Shown here: positions 1 through 10,559 of the stretch, in pieces
Layout: each line of letters starts with the position of its first letter
Position numbering within the stretch: position 1 is the first letter of the stretch
NCBI GenBank assembly: GCA_002269645.1
Contig: NIVC01001110.1
Span: 75,919-139,918, forward strand
Origin: Macrostomum lignano
Lineage: Eukaryota
Length of the DNA stretch: 64,000 nucleotides
Reading direction: 5' to 3'
Translations under genes and position numbers: made by a program
Notes under the pieces: model-generated
The model's database searches: none
What the model was told of the DNA's origin: nothing
What the model saw: only the letters and a program-made list of their open reading frames with translations

Positions 1-360
1 TCCTCGGCCGCCTCGTCATCCTACGCGGCAGCCAGCGCTGCTGGTGCGTCGTCTTCAACCGAGCCGCAGCGTCGGCAACTTCGTCGAGCCATGCGCGCCC
101 TGGCGCTGCTGGTGCCGCTGTTCGCCGCCTGCCGAGCGCCTCTGGCGTCGTTTGCCTTCGCCGATTGGCTCAGAGGCAGCGCTGGCATCTTCTGTCCATC
201 CAGCCTCCAGCTGGGTCGCCTGTACACTGAGCTGCTGACTCACCTGGCCAGCGTGCTGGAACCCCTGGTCTACGCTGATCGGCGTTGCACCGCGCGTGCC
301 CGACGATGCTGCCTGGCTGGTGCTCAGCAACAGTCGCGCCCTACGCCTGCCGCTGTTTGA
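1..360 (+). CDS. 3' end (TM6-TM7-helix 8) of a divergent class A (rhodopsin-like) GPCR; 5' part lies outside the window
   Basis: Frame open from base 1 to TGA at 358-360. RRAMRALALLVPLFAACRAP resembles TM6 (CWxP position = CRAP). ELLTHLASVLEPLVYA resembles TM7 (NPxxY position = EPLVY). It is followed by a basic helix 8 and a CC pair. Confidence 0.6.
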   Translation, partial: SSAASSSYAAASAAGASSSTEPQRRQLRRAMRALALLVPLFAACRAPLASFAFADWLRGSAGIFCPSSLQLGRLYTELLTHLASVLEPLVYADRRCTARARRCCLAGAQQQSRPTPAAV

Positions 361-632
361 CTGTCACTCTCAATGGTGTGACTGTCACTCTCAATGGTCT
401 AACTGTCACTCTCAATGGTCTGACTGTCACTCTCAATGGTCAGACTGTCACTCTCAATGGTCTGACTGTCACTCTCAATGGTCTGACTGTCACTCTCAAT
501 GGTCTGAATGTCACTCTCAATTGTCTGATTGTCACCCCGATGGTCTGATTGTCACTCTCAAAGGTCTTATGTCACTCCCAATGGTCTGACTGTCACTCTA
601 AATGGTCTGACTGTCACTTTCAATTTCTGACC
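357..632 (+). repeat. 21-bp minisatellite (CTGACTGTCACTCTCAATGGT)n, about 13 units; degenerate 15-21-bp derivatives continue at ~719-940
   Basis: Direct reading; begins at the GPCR stop codon. Confidence 0.95.
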
Positions 633-1721
633 AAAGAAAGGACTTACTAAAAAGCGGCGTCTTCTAGAATTTATGCCATTCGTGAGTGTAAAATTCTGAG
701 ATGTTAAGTAGTCCTTGGGTCTGACGGTCACCCCCCAACGGTCTGACCGTCACTCTTTCCAGATTGACGATCAATCTTTCGAGTTTAAGTGTCTCTCTTA
801 CCGACATGACTGTCACTCCCAGCCGTTAGACTGGCACTCTCTGTTACTTTTTGGTGTGTCACTCTCCAGTGTGTCACTCTCCGATGTGTCACTCTTCGGT
901 GTGTCACTCTCCGGTGTGTCACTCTCTCCGGGTTTGCTGTCACTTCCCCAGAGCTTAATATTTGACGACTTTTGTAGCTCCCGAAGCTGTAATAGTAATA
1001 AAAGTTATTTTAATCCAATTTTCTAAGAAACATCGCTCTGCATTCCACAAATCCTAACAATAGGATTATTTTCACATGATTAAATACTCGTTTCTCGAAG
1101 AGTTCCTGTTTACTCGCTTTTGCATTACTTTTTCATCACATTTTTTCTTCAATTTTTATCATAGATTTAAATCTCGGTTATATTTTTTGCGACGTTTTGT
1201 AGTTTTGTTTAAAATGAGCTATACGCTCGTATAGTTACGCTATTTTTCTCTAGAATTTGCACTTTTAGCACTTTTGGAAAATCGATTTGTTAATTAGAAA
1301 TTGTTTCACTAATTTTTTCTAGTATACAATTTTTTAGATGCGATTACGTTTATTAGAACAATTTCTTAGAAATATTTTACGCCTAGATCTGAATTATTAA
1401 TTTTATGTATACTATAAGCTAACTTTAAATTTAATTCAATAATGCTTAGATTGAATTTTACTAAACTTTATTTTTGTGACATGGATCTTGCGTTGCAGTG
1501 TCAATCATTATCGATCTATTTTGGCTTTATAAATATTTTTAATTTACATCATCTGCGCTATATTGTTGTTAGAATTCTGTTTGTATTGCAATAGAATGCT
1601 TAGTCAAATATAATAGTTAAAAACATATGTTTAGCTGTATGTTTTAGTTATGTTTTGTGAAGCAAAAGATATTCAGAATTTGTCCAAGGGAACTTGGTTT
1701 GTCTTTTGCTATCTTTCAGTG

Positions 1722-2733
1722 TTCAGTTGGACTGAATTGCTGCATCTCTGATCCTTCAGTTGGACTGAATTGCTGTGCATCCCTGATCCTTCAGTTGGAC
1801 TGAATTGCTGTGCATCCCTGATCCTTCAGTTGGACTGAATTGCTGCATCCCTGATCCTTCAGTTGGGCTGAATTGCTGCATCCCTGATCCTTCAGTTGGA
1901 CTGAATTGCTGCATCTCTGATCCTTCAGTTGGACTGAATTGCTGCATCCCTGATCCTTCAGTTGGACTGAATTGCTGCATCCCTGATCCTTCAGTTGGAC
2001 TGAATTGCTGCATCCCTGATCCTTCAGTTGGACTGAATTGCTGCATCCCTGATCCTTCAATTGGACTGAATTGCTGCATCCCTGATCCTTCAGTTGGACT
2101 GAATTGCTGCATCCCTGATCCTTCAGTTGGACTGAATTGCTACATGTAGCTGCATCCCTAATCCTTCAGTTGGACTGAATTGCTACATGTAGCTGCATCC
2201 CTAATCCTTCAGTTGGACTTGAGTTGCTGCATCCCTAATCCTTCAGTTGGACTGAATTGCTACATGTAGCTGCATCCCTAATCCTTCAGTTGGACTGAAT
2301 TGCTACATGTAGCTGCATCCCTAATCCTTCAGTTGGACTGAATTGCTGCATCCCTGATCCTTCAGTTGGACTGAATTGCTGCATCCCTGATCCTTCAGTT
2401 GGACTGAATTGCTGCATCACTGATCCTTCAGTTGGACTGAATTGCTGCATCCCTGATCCTTCAGTTGGACTGAATTGCTACATGTAGCTGCATCCCTAAT
2501 CCTTCAGTTGGACTGAATTGCTGCATCCCTGATCCTTCAGTTGGACTGAATTGCTGCATCCCTGATCCTTCAGTTGGACTGAATTGCTGCATCCCTGATC
2601 CTTCAGTTGGACTGAATTGCTGCATCCCTGATCCTTCAGTTGGACTGAATTGCTGCATCCCTGATCCTTCAGTTGGACTGAATTGCTGCATCCCTGATCC
2701 TTCAGTTGGACTGAATTGCTGCATCCCTGATCC
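1722..2733 (+). repeat. 33-bp minisatellite (ATCCTTCAGTTGGACTGAATTGCTGCATCCCTG)n with five 43-bp variant units
   Basis: The 11-aa periodic ORFs (MQQFSPTEGSG) reflect the 33-bp unit. Variant units carry an extra ACATGTAGCT. Confidence 0.97.
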
Positions 2734-4780
2734 AAAAATTTTAGTCTATGGCAAAAGCCCTTACTGCACCACACCAGGATTATCCAAGCCTGCCAATTTG
2801 AAACGCAAAAGTCTAAGTATTTTGCCTATTTATTAGCAGTTTCGAAGGCTTTTCTCTGCAAATGCAGATTGCTAAATAAAGCACCTGCCACCTGGCTAAC
2901 AGATTATGCAGATGAAGCAGAGTTATGCTTTATATTTAGATTTTCGTGTCTTGTCATAACCCGCAATTTGTTGCGACAAAAGAATTACGCCGAACTCCCT
3001 CGGGCAACGCAACAAAACAAAGAAGACGAATAAAAGTTGCAAAATTAGTGCTCAGCTGCCTCAGAGACAAGCAAAGTAATAATAGCAGGCTGCAGCGACT
3101 TGTCTTTCCGTGTAATTGACGCTATTTAAACCCGAGCTGCTCTGCCGCCTCACGCTGCAGCCTCGCGAGCTCAATGCCGATCGGCCTCTGCAAAGCTGAC
3201 TATCTTCTCGGCTGAGATTCTCGGCTAGTTGAGCGTGACCATTTATGGCAAAGACTGTCAAAGCCAAGTTCGGGGCTCATCTTATTCTGAACTCGTGCAT
3301 GGAATTTAGTTCCATATTTGTCTCTCTGTGAGCCGTGCAGCTAGCAAGCCATGTAATTATTTAACTGCAATAGTTGACGCGTATAAAAAGCGTAAATCGC
3401 ATGTAACTCAAAATTTGCAGTGCCAAATATACTTCTCTGCAAATCACCGATGGACGACATATAGCACTTTTAATTAGCTGGAATCACCATAAATTCATGT
3501 AATATACAGTGTAGTATATTTCCATTTATGGAATGCTTGAAGGAGTAAATTTTGACGGACGAAGATTATACTTTCGTATAAGATGACCATATTTACATAT
3601 ACGAAATACCTATAATTCTTCCTGGCCTAAATTATTGAGCTCTTGCAATACTGAGATAGATCGAACTGAGTTATAGTGTTGTGTAGCTAAACGCTTACAC
3701 TCAAAAGGCCTCGCTGGGTGCGCATCTTATACATGTACCCCAGTGCATACATGTATTTTGCACGTACAGATAGGGCTAGCTCTCTCGGATATCTCGGTAT
3801 AGATCTCGGAAGGGTTCAGTCATTTTTTTGTTCGGTAAAATTTTACTTATATATTTTAACCCCATGCACATGTACAATGCAAGGACTTCTAGAAGTCTAG
3901 AAGTCCTTGGTACAATGCATCTTGATTAATCGTGTACACGAATAACCCGTTTAAAAACGAAGACCCAAGGGCCATCTGAAATATAAGTAAAGCTTTCAAG
4001 AAGCTTTCAAGATAGATCCTTACTCTAGCATGCGCAGGCACCTAGTTTGCACTCCGTGACCGCCATCCAGCCTATCCACTTCCCTCTGCTCGAGCACATA
4101 TCCCAACGCGCACTCAATGAACTGGAAATCTGTGTTCTACCAGACAATAAATATACAGGCACAGCCTCATTCTATTTCTCCACCTTTTTGAGTGGATAAC
4201 TAACACTCGCAACAACCAGCTAGAGTAGTTGCTCGCTACACTTACGATAAAAATATTTAAATGAAAGATGATGAAGATGTCGTTTGCGCAAACTTTACAG
4301 CAACAAAGTAAAACAAAAAATATTTTACTCTTTTATAGAATAAAACGTTAAAAGTACATTTAGATATATTCTTTCGTTGAAAATTATTGTTTAAAAGTAG
4401 AGAATACATACAAAACCAATTTTATGCTTCACATACGATGGATTTAAATTTGATAAAAACTTTCGAAATCGGCGCGACCGACGTGACCTCGTTCATTCAA
4501 TGGCCGATACAATACGTGAATTACCCTTACCTCCTGAGTGTATATTGTATAACAGCCACAACACAACTATCAGTATCATCTCTACTTATAATAGGCCTAT
4601 CAATACCACTGCTACGTCTTAGGACCGCTGTCAGTCTCATATAACCAGTAGTTATATCTAACGCAGCATTTTTATATCGAAAATAAGAAATTTCGATCTC
4701 TGGCTATTTTATTAGCTAGATAAAGTTGCTGTTGCTGGTATGATTTTCATCAATATGATTTTTTAAAACAATTTGTTTGC

Positions 4781-4959
4781 ATGTCCAAGAAAGCAATGAG
4801 TGAGATAGGTCCACCACAAAATTTTATCTATCCATTGGAAAAGATTCTAAATTGTGCAGGTGTTGTTCCTGGTGATGATGTTTTCACCCATGAAAGAGAC
4901 ATGTGTGCTAGAAGAAAAACAGCACAAATAATTCAGCAGATTGGTGTAGGTCTTAAATG
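4781..4959 (+). CDS. CCNT: Cyclin T exon 1 of 5 (gene 4781-24370, 508 aa)
   Basis: RRKTAQIIQQIGVGLK aligns to cyclin T RQQAANLLQDMGQRLN. Donor AAATG|GTAAGT (phase 2) joins in frame to the 20445 exon. Confidence 0.75.
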
Positions 4960-5190
4960 GTAAGTAAGCAAGCATAAAATTAACACAATGACAATATTTT
5001 ATTTTTATTTGGTTTTGTTTTGTAGAAAAATAAGTTTGTTATGTATTCAATATTTTTATACAGTTGTTATTGTTACAATGACTATTGAAATAGCACAATA
5101 GCAAAAAGGTAGCAATTTTTGGCACTATTGTTTGGCAAATATAAAAAACCTTTAGCATCATATTCAAAATCAAGCAACTATATATAAAGA

Positions 5191-7910
5191 GGTTGATGGT
5201 CATTTCGTCTGCCGCCTTTTCGTCTGCCGCCTTTTCGTCTGCCAATATATGATATAGTTGTTTCGTCTGCCAATATATATAATATATAAATCGGAATAAC
5301 TAATTATGTCATCAAGCTTCGCATGGAAGTGTAATGTAAATGTCTTATTAATTTAAATTTTTTATAATGCTAGGATTTTTCTGAAAGTTCCGGAGCTAAT
5401 ATGTTGCATATAAATACACAAAGCCAGAAGCAAATATCTCCAACCATTTAGTTTCCTTCCAACTTTCTTTTTTTCGTGTATGTAAACTCATATGCAATTT
5501 ATTCACGAATACAAGTAGCTTAAATGCACAAAGTGTAAAATGTAAGGAGCAATCGAAATTGTAGGCACAGAAAATGTAAACTCATATGCAATTTATTCAC
5601 GAATACAAGTAGCTTAAATGCACAAAGTGTAAAATGTAAAATGTAAAAATGTAAAAATGTAAAAACGTCACAAAACAACTAACATCACAAAGCAAAACGT
5701 CAAAAAACTGTTTTGGCAGTAATTCATCACAACAGACACTTGCCTAAGACAGCGCCACAGCACTGTTGCCACAGCGCTGTAGGAGCTCATAGCTGGTCAG
5801 CTTGCGAGCTGCATAGTCGGCCCAAGCAGCCTGTAGCGCCACATCGCGCCTGTGTCGGACATTATTGGTGCGTGGAGCAGGAATAGGTGCCAGCTGTCGA
5901 ATTTGTAGGCCCAAAATGCGGGCCTGTTCAGCCAGGACACCGATGAGGGCAAAAACGTTCATGCGGACACCAGCACACTTGCGCAGGCCCAAGTGCCATC
6001 CCTCAATGGCATTGTTCGTCCTGTCCATCTGTTGAAAGGCTGATAATGACTGCACAGACCAGACTGGGTGCGACAGCCATGTCTGGTCGACATAGTTGCA
6101 CAGCTCCATTAAAGGCTGTGTCGTCGCCTGTGGTCGCAGTTGCTCGAAAGCTGCCTCCATCTGCCCCGATGGAAGGTAAGGCAGTGCCATCAGTTGGCGG
6201 CACAGCGTACGCGTGACAGGATCAGCAGCATAGGCTGGGATGAGGCCCAGTAGCCCGATACGACAGTAGATAGCTTGGCAGTAGTGGAAGACGCACCCGT
6301 TGACAGTGATGTTTGGGAACACTTCGCGCAATGCCTGCCATGCTGCAGCCTCGAAGTCAACCATGGCATGCGTCACACGTACGTCACCAATGAGGTTCTT
6401 CAATGCAGAAAACACGGCCACATAGTCCGGCTTAGCACAACCAGACATGACGATGTAGGCCATTGGAACTATGCGCCGCACACCTCTAACTTCAACAGCA
6501 CTGTGAATGCTATAAAGCTGCACAAACGGCTCTTTCACAACACTAAAGGTGCCATCGAGGAACCATCGAGTGCAGCTTGACAGAGCCCTGAGCTGCTCAT
6601 GGCTGGGGACCACAATGTGCCGCTTGCCTGTGCGAGCAACTGGCACATTGGCGTGTAGAAAAGGTTGTGGGATATCCTCTCCATTGAGATCGAAATCCAG
6701 TGTTTGTGGGTGGCGACGCCGGTCCTTCTGTTGGAGGCGGTTGGCTTGATGTGCCAAATGCTCCAAATGTGGCGCTTGTACACGAAACTCACCGGCACGG
6801 CTACTGACAACCTCCTCGGCGAGTGCTTTTGCTGATGTATACTTTGCTCTCTTAGCAGCCTGCTTCATTTCTAGAGCCACCTCCTTGCGCAGACCGCCAT
6901 CTACGTTTGCCTCACATATGTGCCGCTTCCTTGGATGAAACGTGCCCCCTGGGGATTCTGTGACGCTGCCACTGCATTTAATTGTGCTATTGCGAGTCAC
7001 GCACTTCCAATACTTTGAACCCCCTTTTCCTCCATTGCATCCGAGGATGAATCCTTGCGAAGAGATCAGTAGATCCCCTCCGCGCTTGCTGGCGCCTGGT
7101 CGAAGGCTGAACATTTCAGCTTCAGCGGCAGCTTCAGCTTCAGCGGCAGCCTCAGCTTCAACAGCAGCTGCAGCTTCAGCGGCAGCTTCAGCGGCAGCTT
7201 CAGCTTCAGCGGCAGCTTCAGCTTCAGCGGCAGCTTCAGCTTCAGCGGCAGCTTCAGCAGCAGCTTCAGCGGCAGTCTCAGCTTCAGCGGCAGCCTCAGC
7301 TTCAGACTTACATTTACTACAGACATAAGTTATGTCCGTCTCAGTCATAAGCTGCCGATACTTAGTCAATGAAATGCCTGCAAGGTTAAAAGGTTAATCG
7401 CTTACTATTAATATACTATTATATATACAAAATACAAAAGTATACAAAAATACAAGTTTAAATACAAAACTATACAGCAAAACTATATATTATACGTAGA
7501 TACTAATATACGCATTGTTAACTTACCAGAATTGCATGTCCGATGCTGCCATTTGTTGCACAAGTCGCACAGTAGCGCATGTTGTCTGGGTCGTACAGTC
7601 TGTTTACAAATTACGCATGCGTCCATGGTGAAAAAAATTATTGATAACACCACTTTCTCAGAAAATAACTTCGCATCGATGCGTCGAAAGTATTATATAG
7701 GTTAGTTAGGTTTCGTAGAAAATGAAGAAAAACAAAATGTATCAATATAAATAGGAAAACATACTTAAAACTTGCTTATACCAATTTATTTTAATTCCCT
7801 ACATAAAAATACTAAATAAGTGAACCAAAATAAACATAAATAAAAAAGTCGTTTTGTCTGCTAAAATTCTTTGGCAAACAAAAAGGCGGCAGACGAAACG
7901 ACCACAGACC
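5191..7910 (-). mobile_element. Full-length Mutator-like (MULE, Phantom-type) DNA transposon, 2720 bp, in cyclin T intron 1
   Basis: Imperfect TIRs GGTTGATGGTCATTTCGTCTGCCGCCTTTT (5191-5220) and AAAAGGCGGCAGACGAAACGACCACAGACC (7881-7910). 8-bp TSD TATAAAGA at 5183-5190 and 7911-7918. Subterminal TTTCGTCTGCC repeats. Confidence 0.93.
5744..7626 (-). CDS. MULE transposase, 2 exons (7626-7527, 7377-5744), 577 aa: PHD finger - (EA)-rich linker - FLYWCH-like Zn finger - MULE DDE domain
   Basis: WFLDGTF (D1), MVDFE (D2), CVFH (CxxH), RTNNAIEGWH (E) and YWKC..C..H are present. The GT-AG intron 7526-7378 restores CVIC..CDLC..WQHRTC..CSKC. Confidence 0.92.
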
Positions 7911-8559
7911 TATAAAGACACTAAAACAATTTCAAATGTTTCAAATTTCAATTTTTATTACTTATTCTATTAGAACCTCATGAAATAAAAACTTTAAGAT
8001 CTTATTAGAAAAATTCTATCAAGCAGTAAAAAGTTATAGCAATTTTTTATATTTTAATTTTCAATGAGACTTGATATTCAAAAGTTTTTTTAAAGCAAAA
8101 TTAGAGCTTTTTTGAATAAATACATTATAAGACAAAGCAAAATTTCAAAAAAGTGTAAATTAAATATTATAACTTTTTATTATTAGACTAAATTTTATAA
8201 ATGAAGATGTAGTAATGCTTTTATCATTCATTTGTAATATATTGAATAATAAAAACCTAAATTTTAAACTTAAAATCTCTTTTTCTTTGTTAAGTCATAT
8301 GGCTAGTATAAATCAAGGGGTTGCATATCTACAAATTATACACAAATTATATAGCAAAATCAAAAAATCAGGGGCAAGTTTTTTGAATAACTTGTTTTTT
8401 AGTAATTTGAAAGCAATGAAGCTATAAAATAAATTTATTTGAGTTTTTAAGTTAGAACTTACTTACTACTAATGGGGGGCACGGGCGCTACAAATAGGCT
8501 GCAAGGCCTATCGCAACCCCCAAGGTAAAAGAGCACAAGGATTAACCTTGGGGGTGTAC

Positions 8560-8860
8560 CCAGTCCTTGCCAGTAGTTGGCAGGTTTGCAATGGAGGCAT
8601 CGGCAACCCTTATCTAGCCAGAGTCCCAGATGAAGGCACAAAGGTCAGGGATATTGTCTGGGGTAATTAGCTCGTTCATCTGCTGGGGGTGGCCAAGGTA
8701 TTTGTGCTGCACCTCATTGAAGTAGGGGCAGAAAGTGACATGATGCTCCGTGGTCTATACTCCTATGCCCATACATGCGCAACAGTCAGCCAAGTCAGCC
8801 GATCTGGCTGACCAATTTGGTAGCCAACCAAGGAAGTCGCAAAAATGCCCACCCAAGAAA
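8560..8860 (-). mobile_element. Degenerate 3' end of a non-LTR retrotransposon ORF2 (CCHC knuckle region)
   Basis: Minus-strand translation [30 protein letters not shown]...[10 protein letters not shown] matches the C..C..ET.EH...CP..R..LG pattern of I/R1-type LINE C-termini. Contains stops and frameshifts. Confidence 0.45.
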
Positions 8861-9477
8861 AACACTAAGTAGCTGACGAGGCATTTTGGCTTAATAAGAC
8901 AGTTATAGTTACTCCTGCCATTTACCCAAAGTTGCGTTAATTTTGCTTTAGGGTTTTTTTACATGTAAGTCGCATTTTTGGCCAAAAACTATGTTGCATT
9001 TTTGTTAAAACTAAGTTGCACGGCTGACCAAATTTTGGAGGTTGCGTATGTATGTCTATGCCACAGAAAGGCAAGTAGGAAGGAAACTGGTTTGCAACAA
9101 GATATGTTTCTAGAAGAATCCATGGCTGGTTAGGGCCATGCACATCTCCCTGAGTAATAAGATACTTAAAGTTAGAAACATCTATAAAAGTACAAACTAT
9201 TCACATATAGCCCTATTCTTAATGAAATGATTTGTTAAAATGGTAAATTAAATTATAACTCAAATGACTCTAATAAAATGATAGAAAAGCTCTAATAATG
9301 TTTTTAATAACTTTAAGTATCTTATAATATTACATTCTATATTGCTATAGCATATTTACCATTCTTTTTAAGGGTTTATTTGTTTATCACTTTTGTTACT
9401 ATTGACAATGTGTATTTTGTAGAGTTCATTTGCAATAAGTACTATACTCAATATAAGTTTATTATTTAAGCATACAA

Positions 9478-9825
9478 CTTCCCATAAGGATCAGAAAATT
9501 GCATTTTACTTAGTTTCTACTGAAGCAATTTGGAAAATTCTTTTTTCCTGCATACATGCTGCAATGATATATATTTAAGTGTAATTTCATTGTTCTTTGT
9601 CGCTTAATAAGCATACAGTAAGCATCTGATTTGGAAGCTGGGTAACACATTGGAATTCCCATAAGGATCAGAAAATTGAATTTTACTCAGCTTCTACTGA
9701 AGCAATTTGCAAAATTCTTTTTTTCCTGCATATATGCTGCAATGATATATATTAGTATCATTTCATTCTTCTTTGTCACCTCATAAGCTTACAGGAAGCA
9801 TTTGATTTGGATGCTAGTAGGTTCA
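9478..9825 (+). repeat. Two-copy ~177-bp tandem duplication
   Basis: CCCATAAGGATCAGAAAATTG...CCTGCATA.ATGCTGCAATGATATATATT at 9481 and again at 9658. Confidence 0.9.
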
Positions 9826-10559
9826 CATTTTATGGTTGAGATGCTCATTTAATAAATAATAGAGAAATGAAGGCCAACACCAACATATAAGTAAATTATT
9901 ATTATAGCCAATGCATTTCAACACAAGCAGTCATCTTCAGGGCTTGCACTCATGATTCACAATTCTATATATTTAAATCCTATATACTAAAAATGAGTTG
10001 TCTGTGGGTAGGTAGGTAGGTAGGTATGCAATAGATTTCAGAAAAAATGGCTCAACAGATTTTCTTCAAACTTGCACCATTCGATCAGAAATTTTCCTGG
10101 GACGGTACATGCATCTTGGCTAAGAAATTGCTCAATGTTAAAGGGATTAAATATTCGAAAAACGTGCTTTTTTGCAAAGGTCAAGCAGCTCTTTCGACCT
10201 GAAATGCGTTGTAAGAATGCTAGAGAAAAAACTGACTGACTGAATTCCAATTGTGATAAGGATTGCATCACAACCAGTTGAAAACAGTGCCGAAGAAATG
10301 CACACAAAACTTGATTTAAATTGCGTAACCACATTGCTAACTTAAATTGAGACTGATACTGGCTGACTGAGAAATTGATTATGTCATAAATTTTAACTCT
10401 AACCGATTTGCAATAAGAATTTAATTATAAGGGCCACAATTCAAGACAAGAGATACCATAGATGCGAACAGACTGGACTGCTAATGCTGCGACCTGGGTT
10501 CGAATCTTAGTAGTGCAAAAAGATTTTTTTATTCAAAAATCTTAAAAACACAAAATGCT

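Noticed and set aside
1722-2733. CRISPR-like array (33-bp partially palindromic repeat)
   Set aside because: Units are contiguous with no unique spacers, there are no cas genes, and the context is eukaryotic.
10451-10516. Functional tRNA-Ser gene
   Set aside because: No pairing acceptor stem or D-arm, and the 3' side of the anticodon stem does not pair; kept only as a tRNA-derived cassette.
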